Translations under genes and position numbers: made by a program | Assembly: GCF_009914755.1 (NCBI RefSeq) | Contig: NC_060942.1 | Source: the human T2T-CHM13v2.0 reference genome, Homo sapiens | Direction: 5' to 3' (one strand) | Length of the DNA: 64,000 nucleotides | Notes under the pieces: model-generated | Seen by the model: the letters and a program-made list of their open reading frames with translations, nothing else | What the model was told of the DNA's origin: nothing | Database searches by the model: none | Shown here: positions 1-13,103 of the stretch, piece after piece | Layout: each line of letters opens with the position of its first letter | How positions within the stretch are numbered: position 1 is the first letter of the stretch

Positions 1-1661
1 GCTGTTTCCATCACTTTTGCAGCTTCTTCCTCCACTGAAGCCTTGAGCCCTTCAAAGTCATCCAATCAACTTTTTCCAAACTCTTGTTAATGTTGACCTA
101 TTGATCTCCCCATGAATCATAAATGTTCTCAATGGCATCTGGAATGATGAATCCTTTCCAGAAGGTTTTCCATTTATTTTTCCAAGATCAATTAGAGGAA
201 TCACTATCTGAAACAGCTATAGACTTGCAAAATTTATTTCTAAAATAATCATACTCGAAAGTCAAGATCACTCCTTGATCCCTGGGCTACAGAATGAATG
301 TGTGTTAGCAAGCATGGAAACTATGTTCATCGCATGTACATCCCCATCAGAGCTCTTGGGTGACCAGGTGCATTGTCAATAAGCAGGAATATTTTGAAAA
401 GAATATTTTTTTTTTCTGAGCAGTAAGTCTCAACAGTGAAGTTCATATGTTCAGTGAACCATCCTGTATACAGATGTGCTGTCATTCAGGCTTTGCTGTT
501 CCATTTCTAGAGTACATGCAGAACAGAGTTAGCATCATTCTTAAGGGCCCTAGGAGTTTTGGAATGGTAAATGAGCATTGGTTTCAACTTAAAGTCACCA
601 GTTGCCTTAGTCCCTCACAAGAGAGTCAGCCTGTCCTTTGAAGCCAGACACTGATTTATCTTTTCTAGCTGTAAAATTCCTAGATGGCATCTTCTTCCAA
701 TAGGAAGATATTTTTCTACATTGGAAATCAGTTGTTTAGTGTGTTTAGTTTCATCGATGGTCTCAGCTCGATCTTCGGGGGAACTTGCTGCAACTTCTAC
801 ATCAGCACTTGCTGCCACACCTTGCACTTTTATGTCATGGAGATGGCTTCCTTCCTTAAACCTCATGAACTAACTTTTACTAGCTTCAAAGTTTTCTTCT
901 GCAGTTTTCTCACCTTTCTCAGCCTTCATAGAATTGAATAGCTTTAGAGCCTTGCTCTGGATTACGCTGTGGCTTGAGGGAATGTTGTGGCTGGTTTGAT
1001 TTTCTATCCAGACCACTCAAACGTTCTCCACATCAACAGTAAAGCTGTTTGCTTTCTTATAATTCATGTGTTCACTGGAGTAGCGCTTTTATTTCTTCAA
1101 GACTTTTTTTTTCTTTTTTCATTCACAACTTGGCTAACTGGTGCAAGAGGCCTGTCTTGGCTTCCACATGCCTTCCTCACTAATCTTAGTCATTTCCAGC
1201 CTTTGATTTAAAGTGAGAGAGATGCAAGTCTTTGCTTCACTTGAACTCTTACAGACCATTATAGGGTTATTAATTGGCCTAATTTCAATATTGTTATGTG
1301 CCAGGGAATAGAGAGGCCAAAAAAGAGGGAGAGACATGGGAAAGTTGATGGTTGGCAGAGCAGTGAGAACACACAACATTCATCAGTTAAGTTTACTGTC
1401 TTATATGGATACAGTTTATAGAGCCCCAAAACAATTTCAATAGTAAGACCAAGATCACTGATCACAGATCACCATGTATAATAATAATAACAAAGACATT
1501 TGAAATATTGCAAGAATTATCAAATGTGACACAGAAACACAAAGTGAGCACATGCCTGTTGGAAAAATGGCACCAACAGGTTTGCTTGAGGCAAGGTTGG
1601 TACAAAGCTTTAATTTATAAGCTGGAATTTCTGCAAAGAACAATACAATTAGGTCTCCCTC
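1..1661 (-). mobile_element. Tigger1 DNA transposon (TcMar/pogo), decayed transposase, cut by window start
   Basis: Minus-strand peptides MVCKSSSEAKTCISLTLNQRLEMTKISEEGM (ATG at 1259) and [31 protein letters not shown] match Tigger1 transposase. Degenerate terminal repeat ends ~1661 followed by TA. Frameshifts and stops present. Confidence 0.93.
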
Positions 1662-1663
1662 TA

Positions 1664-2195
1664 CAATGAAAGTAGCATCTCAAATGCCTGGGGCAAAGAT
1701 TTAAAAAAAAAATAACTGGTTCTTTGTCAACTGGATGGCCATTCAGAAAAAAATACAAATTTAGATCAATACCTAACACTCGACCCAATAGGGTTGAAAT
1801 GGATCAGGAATCTAAGTGTAAAAATAACATCATAAAAACAATAGAAGGAAACACAAGTGAATTCCTCTGTTGCCTAAGTATAAGAATTCCTTTGTTACCT
1901 AACTATACATCGCAATGCAGATGCAATGAAAAAAATATGAATATATTTAACTAAAATAAAAGAGAAAAAAACAGTAAAAATAAATAAAAAATTTGCATGA
2001 GAAAATGGCTTCAGAGTTTTTTTGTTTTTTTTTTTATGGGGAAGTCAAAGATAAATGATAAACTAGAAGAAAACCTTTGCAATATATATCATAAACAAAG
2101 GAATAAAATCACTGATACACAAAGAAAATCATAAGAATAAGCCATAACTCCACGGCCATAATATAAAGGAGAATATAAACTCCTAAGCAAATGAG
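1664..2195 (+). mobile_element. Old L1 (L1M) ORF2 3'-region fragment
   Basis: A-rich sequence resembling L1 ORF2 (caactggatggccattcagaaaaaaat...aaatggatcaggaatctaagtgtaaaa...atagaaggaaacacaagtga). Confidence 0.7.
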
Positions 2196-2549
2196 TAGTC
2201 CTTTGCATAGCCCATTCCCTCCTGATTCATTTCAGTGTAGGTTCGGCTTTTATCATTTCATCCATAAACAACCCAGCAGGGTCTCTCTATTCATCGGAGC
2301 CTCCCAGATGTGTCTGAATCCCCTTTATGCCCAATCTGCCACTCGATAAACATGCAACAGGAACAGGCCCATCCAAACAAGAATGGGAGATTTTTATAGC
2401 AGGTACCTGGAGTGTGGATTTTGGGTGGGCAATTGGGGGACTGATGTGCCTTTGAAGTAGCCAACCGATGGCTCAGATTTACTGATAACATCTTTTTAGA
2501 ATCATTTTTTAAAGTGAGAGATATTATGGAATCATGTTTTAAAACATTA

Positions 2550-2776
2550 ACTCTGGCACCAACCTCTTTGGGTCCATCTAAATCATCTAGGTGTGTGACT
2601 TGAAGCAAATTATTTAAGCTAAATCACAGTGTCTTTATCTATAAAGAGGGGAAAAACAATAGTAGTTACCTCCCAGGGGTGTTTGTGTGTAAAGTAATTT
2701 TAATCGATGTAAAGCCTTTGGAATATTACGTAGTAAAAAGCAAGCACGCAATTATTGTGAGCTGTTATTACTATTG
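2550..2776 (+). mobile_element. MIR SINE
   Basis: MIR core-like tgtgtgacttgaagcaaattatttaa...tttatctataaagagggg...acctcccagggg and a tattactatt end. Confidence 0.75.
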
Positions 2777-2964
2777 ATGAGTATTTTTTTACATTATTAT
2801 AAACTTTTAAAACAGTGTGTATTAGCTGTAAAATATTAGAAATAATTTAAATTTTTGTCCAAAATAGCTGATTATCACAAATGCTTGCTTATTTATTTAT
2901 GCATTTTTAGTCTGTAAGTAATGATGAAAATACTACTGGGTGTTCAACCCATACATGTCTAAAA

Positions 2965-3078
2965 TGACCTCCTTGAGAACAGGGACTGGGCATTAGTCAT
3001 TTTCATTTTCCCGTTCCTAGCGTTGCACAGAGTTGAAAAAATAGCACACACTCTAGAAGAGTATGAAAATAAATGAAC
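2965..3078 (+). mobile_element. L2 3'-end fragment
   Basis: ctccttgagaacagggact...cctagc...aataaatgaa resembles the L2 3' terminus. Confidence 0.45.
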
Positions 3079-3759
3079 CCACTCTAGTTTACTATTAAAA
3101 AAAAACTGTTAGATAAAATTGGGCTCAATAAACATGAATACATCTCAGATTACAATTGTACAGTGAGGTTATGATGTGGCTGCTAACACCCTCTACTTAG
3201 GGATGTCTGTGCCTAGCAGCCAACAGTAACGAAGGCATTTAACTCTGTCCCGGTCTTTCATGTATCTCCCAACCCCCAGCTCCCACACCTTTGGTCTCTG
3301 TTTTAATTCTGGGTCATCCTGCAAATGCCCATTGTGTATTGTATTTTTCCATTTTCTGAACGAGCCTCACTATAAAGGTTCTTACATTAGAAATTCATAA
3401 ACTTTGCAGAGAAGTCTTGATCCTTCTAAATGCAGTTACCCTATAAGCACTAAGACTTTGTCAGTTAGACATTATTTCTATACCTTAATCAGTCTAGTTA
3501 CTAATCTGTAAATACGAGCTTTTGGCTGTGCAAAGTCCCATGGTTTGCTCTTCCTCCTTATTGTCCCTCCAGATGCCTATGAATGTCATTGTTAGGATGG
3601 CTCCCCGTAGGACACCTCACATGCAGAAAAACAAACAAGCAAAGAAAACTTCTTTGTGGATTATTTTTCTACATTTACAAATTGAGAAAAGCAGAAAAAA
3701 ATGGGCCGGCATCAAGACATGCCTCAATATTAATATGCTGGTATATTTATTTATTTTTC

Positions 3760-4925
3760 TGTAAGTATTTTTTTACAAAATCCAGATTCATGTAAGACAA
3801 CATTTTTCAAAATATTCATAGAGAATATGTGTTTAATGGCAGCATATTATTCTACCTACTAAATATGTTACAATTAATTTCATCATTCCTTTGGCAACAG
3901 CATAGATATTGTTTACAACTTTTTCTGTTTTAAATGCACTCATTAAAGGTTTTGCATATGCATTTTTGCATTGTTTATCTGAGTTGTTCCTCAGGGAAAA
4001 TACATTGTGAACACTTCAAAGGGTTTTAAGACACAGCCCAAACTGCCCTCTTGGAAATTCTGAATGTTTAGTAACCCACCACCACCCTGGCAGTTTCAAG
4101 GTGAGTGTCCATTGAATTAAAACCTTGTCAACATTGGTATGGTGATTTGTTTAAACCCCAGCCTGTGTTACTGGTAAGTAGAGAAAATGCATGGGGGTAG
4201 CTGCCATTTGCTTATTGAATTGAGGTTTTCTGCCTGTGACAAAGGTTGTTTGTGTCACTTCTCTGTGGATTGCCTGTTCATGTCTTTTAATCACTTTGCT
4301 ATTTAACTTTTTTATCTTAATGATTGGTAGTAGCTTTTTAAAACTATGTAAATAGTAACCCTTTATCTATCTTATCCATGAAAATGTGTTGTACTTTTTC
4401 TGTTCTTAAACTTTAGATTTTACTTACAGTGTTGATGACCACTTTGCAGTTGATGGTAGTCACATGTGTGTGTCTTCCTTGCTTGTGTAGTCTGTCTACG
4501 TTGCTTGCACATTTAGTATATGTTTCCCTAAGTACCTGCACCTCAAATACTTTCATCTTTATCTGTATAATATCATTTTTCACCTGCAATCTTTAATCTG
4601 CAAGGACATTATTTTACATTGATGTAAATATTAGTACACAAATGTAAACCGTAAAGGTAAAAACAACATGAAGTCATGATTTAACTTTACTTTTTATTCC
4701 CAATAGATAACAAATTGATCAGAAATAGTTATTGAACCATCATTCCTTTCTCCATTGATTTGCAATACTAATTAGTTTATGGATACCTTGTTTATATCAA
4801 ATGAGACCAGACTTTGGGGATTGTATATTTCCTCTTGATTGATGTGTTTGTCTTTTTGTTATTACCGGTATTATTATACTGCTTTATATACTGGAGTTTT
4901 GCATTACTTTTCACACGGTTTCTTG
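3760..4925 (-). mobile_element. Ancient L1 (L1ME-like), highly diverged
   Basis: T-rich antisense L1-like motifs (ttctctgtggattgcctgttcatgtctttt, ttattgaaccatcattcctttctccattgatttgcaat). Confidence 0.55.
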
Positions 4926-6294
4926 TGAAAACAATTAAAATTAATGCATTTGTTGTAGAAAACGTAGAAAATATAGAGGCAAAATAAAGAAAGTAAAAAC
5001 CACCCAAAGCCTTGCCACAAGAAAGAATCATATATATTCCTTTGGTTTACTTAGGCACTGATTTTCTTTTAAGTTGGGCCAGACTACACGGACTCTGCGC
5101 TTTCTCAGAGCCCCTCCTGGCTTCTGCTCTCCTTCTCCTCACCCGCTTTTTCTCCTTCCCCAGACTCCCCTCCCTACCCCACTTCCCATCCCAGGTGTGG
5201 CCTGAAATTGGTCAGGTCTTGGTGAAGCAATGCCCCAGCTTGCAGCTGCCACTAGCCCTGCTATCCCCTCTGTTTCAGGCACGTTCTATCCCTCCTCCTT
5301 ACCTCCCTCCCTCCCTCAGAAGGAGCTCCCAGAATTCTTATTTTTAACTTCCTGTGCTCGGTGGAGGAAATTCTGTCTTAGGCTAGATTCAGTTTGGCCA
5401 AAGTGGACACTGGATCATTGCTCACCTTATAAAGTGAAAAAGATTTTTCTCACCTTATAAAGTGGTCAACTCCTAGACCCCTTAGCTTTCCAAAGCTACA
5501 GAAGAATTGTAAAATGGGGCATGAAACTTAATTGTAATTTTTTTTTAGTATGAAGGGTGCTAAGATACATGAGCTTATATAAACAAAAGAACATCAAGAG
5601 TTGAACAGTGGGGAAATTACTGTAACTCTTGTAAAGACACCTTTGTAAGTGAAAGCATTCCTGTCAGGAGGTGCATAGCTCTGAAAGGTCAGGAAGCTCA
5701 TTTTCTTCTAGTCTCAGGCAGTAAAAGAGATACAAGTATAGCAAATCTAGTAAAGTGCCACAGTAATCTTTGCGTAAGTGTGTAGCAGCATAGCGCTTCA
5801 ACTGCAATGATTTACTATTTATTGCGAAAGATGATAGTTTACATGATGTGTCAAGGACTGTGTCCAGAGTGAGAGATGAGGAACTGGGGGGCGGATGGGG
5901 AGAAAACACATTGAAACACATCAACTTTTGCAATGAGCCTACATGGCTAAAGAATGAAAGGGGTTACTCCTGTGACCACGGTGTGTACAATCACTGTGAG
6001 TTTAAAACTGTCTCAAAGGGAATACTACCGGGAGTGTTTAGGTCCACAGTTACAGTAAATGAAGATTCAGAATGAGCAGAACCATTTCACTTAATTAGAA
6101 ATGTTAAATAAGTACTACGAATGTACATTAGTGTGTGTACTAAAACGAGAAAAATTGCTCACCCTGAAAAGCATTTTACTTATTTGCTTTTTTATTTGTT
6201 TACTTGTGTTATGTTTAGAAAACTATTAATATATCCCCCAACTAAAAGATAAAATAGGAGATGCATAATAATTGCAAATGCTTTTGTCTTTAGA

Positions 6295-6602
6295 ATATAT
6301 ATGTGTATACACATATGCAAATCAATGCATATATCTGTGTATGTGTGTATATATGTTCACATATATGAATGTGTATATAAGTGTGTGTTTACATGTATGT
6401 GTGTGTATATGTGTGTCTGTGCATATGTGTGTGTATTGTGTGTATATGTGTATATATGGCATGTGCGTATGTGTATGCGTGTGTGCATAAGTGTGTGTCT
6501 GTATATATGTGTGTATGTATGTGTGTGTCTGCATATATGTGTGTATGTGTGTGTGTATATATGTGTGTTGTGTGTGTATCTGTGTGTATGTGTGTGTGTG
6601 TC
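6295..6602. repeat. Degenerate (TG)n/(TATG)n low-complexity repeat
   Basis: Alternating purine-pyrimidine run seen directly. Confidence 0.95.
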
Positions 6603-7739
6603 TTTGGAGCTTAAGTACCCTGCGGGAATTAAAAGAAAAGATGGTTTTTACAGAGAGTGTTAAAGAGCTATTTTTCCTATATTTCTTTTCTTTGACATTA
6701 TTTTTAAACTGTAATGTACTAATTCTAACAATTTGCAGTGATGATCAGAACACTCTGAGTTGGGGTTTGGTCAAGGGCTGACAGCATCCCTCATGAAATT
6801 TCCAGAAAGACTAAAGGAGAGGCTGGAAAGAGAAAAGAAGGGTGAAAGAGAGAGAGAGAGAAGCTGATGATAACAGTCTTCCCATGAGAGCTTTCAAAGG
6901 CAGCCATCAAGAGCATGGCTGCTGCCCTCATAATTCTGAACCTATAATGGGAGTGTTCGTAGATTCGCCTCTTGAGCATGTGAACTGGAATTTCTCAAAT
7001 GAAGGGAGTAGCTCAGACACAGTTCTATTTTTAACGGCAAATACCATAATGTTTCTGAGACTGTATCACTGTGTTTTATGACCTCATCAAATCTGCTAAA
7101 GGAACAGAAATCAGCCCTGCCCTACATGTTCAACAGCATCGGCAGTCCTGAGTATCATCAAATAAGAAGCTTTGGGGCCACCGTTATTTAAATGGGTTTC
7201 GTTTAATTCTTTTATCGAGTTTATTTTCAGTTTTAGATATCACTGAAAAACATGGTAATCACAATTGATCGCATTGGGATCGGCTGCCGCATGATTTTGC
7301 TGTCATATCTTGATATGAGTTTAAAGCAGATGCCAAATAAACAAAATCTCTAAACAAAGCATTTCATCATCCCAATGCTCCATTAATAACAAAATTATCT
7401 TCTTCATCACTCAGGTCACATTTACTTTTCTTGGCTCAAAAATTTGATTAAATAGGTAATTGCAAGAATCAACATTTCAAATGCTCGCATGCATATCTAT
7501 CTCCAAGTTCTTTGCAATAGCAGTTACAATTAGAAATCTTCATGATACAAGTGTTCTACCTGCAGTTACTGCAGAAGTCCTAAACCAATATGCTGTCTTC
7601 TAAATCAAGAGAATTATTTCCATATAAAGTATATCTATCATACACATAAAGAGATAGAAACTGAGCATAAAAGATAGAAGTTACCTATGCATAAAAATAC
7701 TTAAAAGAAGAATTTCCATTTCAGTATTTAAAATGCATA

Positions 7740-8078
<339 letters not shown>

Positions 8079-8232
8079 CTATAGGATGTTGAAGTTTTAC
8101 TTTACTGCCAAAATTTTAAAAATGTGGATGTTTTTGGGGATAATTTGTTCTATAATGTTTACTATCTCAAAGCAAAAATAAAGACATTCACCTGATGCAT
8201 GGCCTCACAAACTGGGACCCGTGATTGTGAGC

Positions 8233-8431
8233 AGGGTGAACAGGCTGAGGCCCACAAGCCAGTCTGGTTCTTCCCTGACTTTTCTAAGTGAAGTTTATCG
8301 GAGAATGGCTGCGCTCACCCACTGACATGGGGCCAGCGGCTGCTGTTGTTCTGCACAGGCGGGGTGAGTAGCTGCAGCAGAGACCACATGCCTGGCAAAG
8401 CCTGAAATATTTGAAACAGGCTGATTCCTGG
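8233..8431 (-). mobile_element. MER58A-like hAT MITE
   Basis: gagtagctgcagcagagaccacatgcctggcaaagcctgaaatattt matches the reverse complement of the MER58 consensus as recalled. Confidence 0.7.
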
Positions 8432-11101
8432 CTTTGAGTGCAGATTATCAGGAAGACAGAGTTTCCACAATGCTGTCTTCTCTCAATGTGTTACCCAAGG
8501 GTAGCTCTTGGGGAAGGCTGTAGTCCAGAAATAAATGTTTCCTCAAGCACAAGAACATCAAAAATAAACTAGCTGCCAGTGATGGATCTCCCACTCAGCA
8601 CCAGAGATATTACAAAGCATTTGCAAACACTCGTCGTTTTGGAGCAGGCAGGCCTGTGTTTTACATGCGAGAGTGAGGAGTGAGGCCCGGAGGTCAGGTC
8701 CTTGTCCTGGGTCTCCCGCCCACGAGCCTCAGATCTGGCTCTCATGCATTGGGCCATGACCAAACGTATTTATTCTCACATGCTTTAAGATACCAAAAAA
8801 ACAAAACAAAATTATACTCCTTGATAAAATATGTATTCTAAATTTAATGAGAGGAAAATGAGGGCTTTAATTTTCTTCTTTTTGGGCAGTGTGCACACTG
8901 AGGCGGGCTTAGTCTGCTATCAAAATATGCAGCAGTGGGTTTATGTAGCTGAGAGGTCTGCTGAATTTTCACTCTTAACTAAGCATGCAAGATGAGTACC
9001 AAAATCATTACATTTATGTGTTTTTAATGGCTTGTCTGGGTTGTGTTTTGTCCACAGCTAGTGGCGGAGCTGAGTGCCAGCCAAGTTTTTTAGAATTCAC
9101 GCAGCTCCACTTCCACATCGTAATTTGACAAATACCGAGGGCTTCTGCCATTCCCCTGGTTATATTTCTGAGTCAATACACAGCAGTCAGCCGGCAGGGG
9201 ATCTTCCCAGTCTCCTCCCATGGTAATGAGGCACCCACCTGGCCCAAGGAGCCTCCCACGCTGCAGGAGGGTGCACGTCGGGCGAAGACAGGGTGCTGCC
9301 TTTCACCTTAGAAGAGCTCTTTTGATAGACATGGTCTTCAAGGGAAGTGAAGTAAACCCCACCTCTGACAACTGTGGAGATTCTTGCGTTCCTTTGAGGG
9401 AAGCCCCCCGGCGGTGTTGCTAGACAGTACCCATTGTTTGTACCTGGCTATTATTTGTACTGAAGTTGTTAACAGAATCAACATATAGCCTGTGGTGTGG
9501 AAGTAGAGACACCCTTTGATATAGCAAAAGTTAAAACGGAATCAACCCTTAGGTTGGCAGAAGAGGGAATCCCAAACTTTCCATTTATATGAAAATGCAC
9601 TTCTCCATCACAACCACCAGCCAACGGACCTCTGATCAGCTCTCTGATTTACATCTGAGTTTGTTAACCATGATGTTTTTGCTCTAAACACTTAAAATTT
9701 CAAATGCGATTTCGATGGAAATCCGAAGTTAGACAAGTTTGACTTGGTGATTTAAAACTATAAATCGCCTTATTTTTCTTTTAAAGAAGACAAGTTAAGA
9801 AAATATGAAGAATTTGGAAACACCATAGTAAATAAACTAAAATAAATATTTTGTGATTTTAGTACTGGTATACAATACAGTTTTTTACTAAACATATTTG
9901 ATTTCTTTACTAGGTACACATATATTTGAAATTTCAATGTCAGTAATACAAAAACGTACTTCTAATTTTCTTAGGAAAAGACAAATTGCTGTTTTGAATA
10001 TTTCACAGCTACATTGCAAAATACAAGTGACTGTAAATAAATCACATACAGGAAGACAGAGTATAGGCTATCCTGGGGGTAGGAAGAGTGTGATCTAATG
10101 TGCATTTGCTTTTCATCTACCATGAGTGGCTCCCACTCTTTGAGTTTGTCAGAAGAGCAAAGTAAACCAGGGAATGTTCTGGGATTGTGGCTGAACCACC
10201 CCAGAAATCTGGAGGGTTCTGATGAAAAGCAATCAGTGGAAAGGCAGACACCTTTTTTAAAATAATGGGGTCAATGGCTCTTATTTGTGAAAACAATTTA
10301 TAGAAAGGGAACAAATGATACACAAGTTACGCAAAAAATATGTCACAGCCCATGATTGTACACATCACACCAAGATGAGCTCCCCAGGCAGAGAGCACAC
10401 AGAGCCCCGTGTCCCTGACAGAAAGCCAGTGAGATCCAAAGGGCAGCTTTGGGAACAGTATTAAGCTTCGGTAGCCTGAAAAGTAATTGACAGAACTGTT
10501 ATCATAGAATTAGTGGGACAAGAAATGAGTCTTCTATAGCACTATCACAAAAATATTGTTACGTATAAAAATTTATTGGTGCATGCTTAAAAATTAGTTC
10601 AACTTTCCCTCAGATTCAAAATAGTTCAGTATAAAGGAAAAAGAACTTCCAATAATTAAAAAATATATTTATGACAATCACTATAGACTAAGTGGTTTTT
10701 ATTTTTCTTTACAATATTTACTATAAATGTATAAATATTTATGGTAATTGTACTCTTTGCTTATATGTGTGTGTGCAATAAGCAATAAACCTAGTGTTAA
10801 AACTTTAGTTCTGTTAACATTTTTTGAGAAATTTTTCAACAGTTAAAAAAAGAATATTCTGTTTGAAGCATCTTAATCGGTGACGACACTCAAATAGTTG
10901 TCATGGCTTTGAAATTTAAAAAATCAGTTTCAATATTTTCTTTGTTTCTTTCTTTCTTTTTCTTTCTTTCTTCTTTCTTTCATATCATTTGCGAGGTACA
11001 GAGCTTGGATATTTGGGTATTTTTATGTTGATCATGTGTTTTAAACTACTGGGGAAAACCTGTAAAACATTACTTGTTAATTTCTATGGACAGAAAAGGG
11101 C

Positions 11102-11177
11102 TATATATATTATATTATATTATTATATTATATTATATTATATTATATTATATTATATTATATTATATATATATATT
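11102..11177. repeat. (TATTA)n/(TA)n microsatellite
   Basis: Seen directly. Confidence 0.95.
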
Positions 11178-11360
11178 TCAAACATGAACGGATACTTAAA
11201 CCAGTAGAAATAAATGTTTAAATCAGAAGACTTTTGTTACCTGCCGTTTTGTTTTCTAAGATAGTTTTTATAGGTGCTGGGCACATTTTGATGGCTGCTT
11301 TTCATTAGCAGTCTCTAGATGCCTAATTTCCTCTTCATTTTTCCCCAAGATACTGCACAG

Positions 11361-11447
11361 GGCTTCTGCAAATACAATTGTTATTGGACTTAAAGGGTGA
11401 TCTTTGCCTTTTCACTGGAAAACAGCCATTTGAGGTTACGTGACCCA
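11361..11447 (+). repeat. 87-bp direct repeat, copy 1 (partner 13882-13968)
   Basis: 78/87 identical by manual alignment; 38-bp perfect core ttgttattggacttaaagggtgatctttgccttttcac. Confidence 0.95.
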
Positions 11448-11519
11448 TGCAATATATTGCACCTTCAAGCGCCCCAACTCTCTCTTCGCCCTGATATTTT
11501 CAGATCCTGAAAGCATGTG

Positions 11520-12300
11520 TCTAGTGCGCGGTGGTCCCAGGCCACTGCTGCAGACACTGTGGCCCCATGGCCCGCGGGGAGGAAGGGGCTGCGCGGCCCA
11601 CAGCCCGAGCCTCCCCTCTACCCTCTCCAGCTGAGCCCCGAGGAGGCCGCTGCTCCGTGTCCTGGACTCTGAGCAAAGCCGCGGGCCTTAGACCCTCCCC
11701 AGCCTCAGGCGAGCCCCAGTGCCGACACCTGCTAAGAGACGGTGCATTGCGGGCTAAACCCGCAGACACTGAGCGGGGACGCCACTTCCGACGGCGTAAG
11801 GCACCTAAAGTAGCCACAGAGGAAACTGGGGGTGCAGGAGCTGCAGGAGCCCCGGCGGCCTGCAGGGGCGGTGGCGCGGCGCTGGGCGCGCGGCCGCTAG
11901 ATGGCAGCGCAGCCCCGGCCCGGCCCGCGGGAGGCGGCCACGCGCGGGGGACGCGGGGCGCGGCGCGCTGAGCGCGGGTGCCGAGGCTGGAGGGCGCGGC
12001 CGGGCTCCCGAGTCCTCCCTCCGCGGCATCCTTGTCTCCACCCTCAAATGTCCTGCAAGCCAGGAGCCTCCGTAGGAACCGCTGCATTTTTATTTTCCTC
12101 TAAATTTCACACAGGTGAAGCCTGTGTTTGAATCACTGAGAGGAGATTCAAATGAGGTTCCTGACGGGGTAGCTGCTCCAAAGGATACCAGTTTCCTCTG
12201 CGAGGAGAATCGCGCCCCTTGGCAGGAAGCCACAGCCCGGCCCTGGGACCCGGGTTCCAGGTGCAGACGGCGCTGGCTGGGGTGCGGGATTTCGGAGTCA
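11520..12300. promoter_or_regulatory. CpG island (orphan promoter/enhancer-like)
   Basis: Very GC- and CpG-rich, densest 11850-12030; ETS-like CACTTCCG near 11783, GC boxes, CTCF motif. Confidence 0.85.
11891..11909 (+). promoter_or_regulatory. CTCF consensus site
   Basis: cggCCGCTAGATGGCAGcg fits the CTCF core CCRSYAGRKGGCR. Confidence 0.7.
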
Positions 12301-12452
12301 GATTTTTACTGGGAGCCTGACTGCTTCTTGTTGTCTTGATCTATTTCTGAACAATGTCCAGATAAAAGACATTGTACTTAAAATAATTTGAGAAACTTGA
12401 ACTATATATTGCACTATTTTTTTTTCTCTCAGAGCATAAATAGGTGTATGGT

Positions 12453-12585
12453 TCTCTCTCTCTCTATATATATACATATGTATATACACACACATGTATA
12501 AACACATATGTATTTCTTTAAATTATGTCTATAATTTAAATATATAGTATATGAACAATATATAATATATATCTTATATATTATA
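12453..12585. repeat. (CT)n(TA)n/(CA) low-complexity tract
   Basis: Seen directly. Confidence 0.85.
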
Positions 12586-12782
12586 AAAAATCTAACTACA
12601 AATCTTCCCACTCAAAGTCATTAAAGCATTGTATATAGATATAATTTAAAGACATTGATTGATATTTTCTTAGTAGCATTAAATATGTGCCCTTTGAAGG
12701 CTTTTTTTTTTTAATTGCCAAAATGTCATCAGTCTCATTCCAAGGTTGCAAACACTCACTGCTCATAATTGTTTGAAAAGTA

Positions 12783-13103
12783 GGCCGGGCGCGGTGGCTC
12801 ACACCTGTAATCCCACCACTTTGGGAGGTTGAGGTGGGCAGATCACTTGAGGTCAGGAGTTCGAGAAAAGCCTGGCCAACACGGTGTGAAACACATCTCT
12901 ACTGAAAATACAAAAATTAGCCAGGTGTGGGGGCGTGCACCTGTAATCCCAATTACTTGGGAGGCTGAGCAGGAGAATCGCTTGAGCCCTGGAGGCGGAG
13001 CTTGCAGTGAGCGAGATCACGCCACTCCACTCCAGCCCAGGCAACAGAGCAAGACTCTGTCTCAAAAAACAAACAAACAAAAAAACAAACAACAACAGAA
13101 AAA
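12783..13103 (+). mobile_element. Alu (AluS-like) with (CAAA)n tail
   Basis: ggccgggcgcggtggctcacacctgtaatccc...gactctgtctcaaaaaacaaac. Confidence 0.97.

Noticed and set aside
1-1259. Possible domesticated TIGD1-like gene
   Set aside because: The transposase frame is broken by frameshifts and stops, so it is an ordinary Tigger1 fossil
6272-6781. C/V/Y/M-rich ORFs (also 33463-33675, 34831-35459, 45512-46058, 61238-61450)
   Set aside because: Translations of dinucleotide or hexamer repeats
11521-12131. ORFs of 146-188 aa over the CpG island
   Set aside because: Low-complexity A/G/P/R peptides in several frames with no recognisable protein
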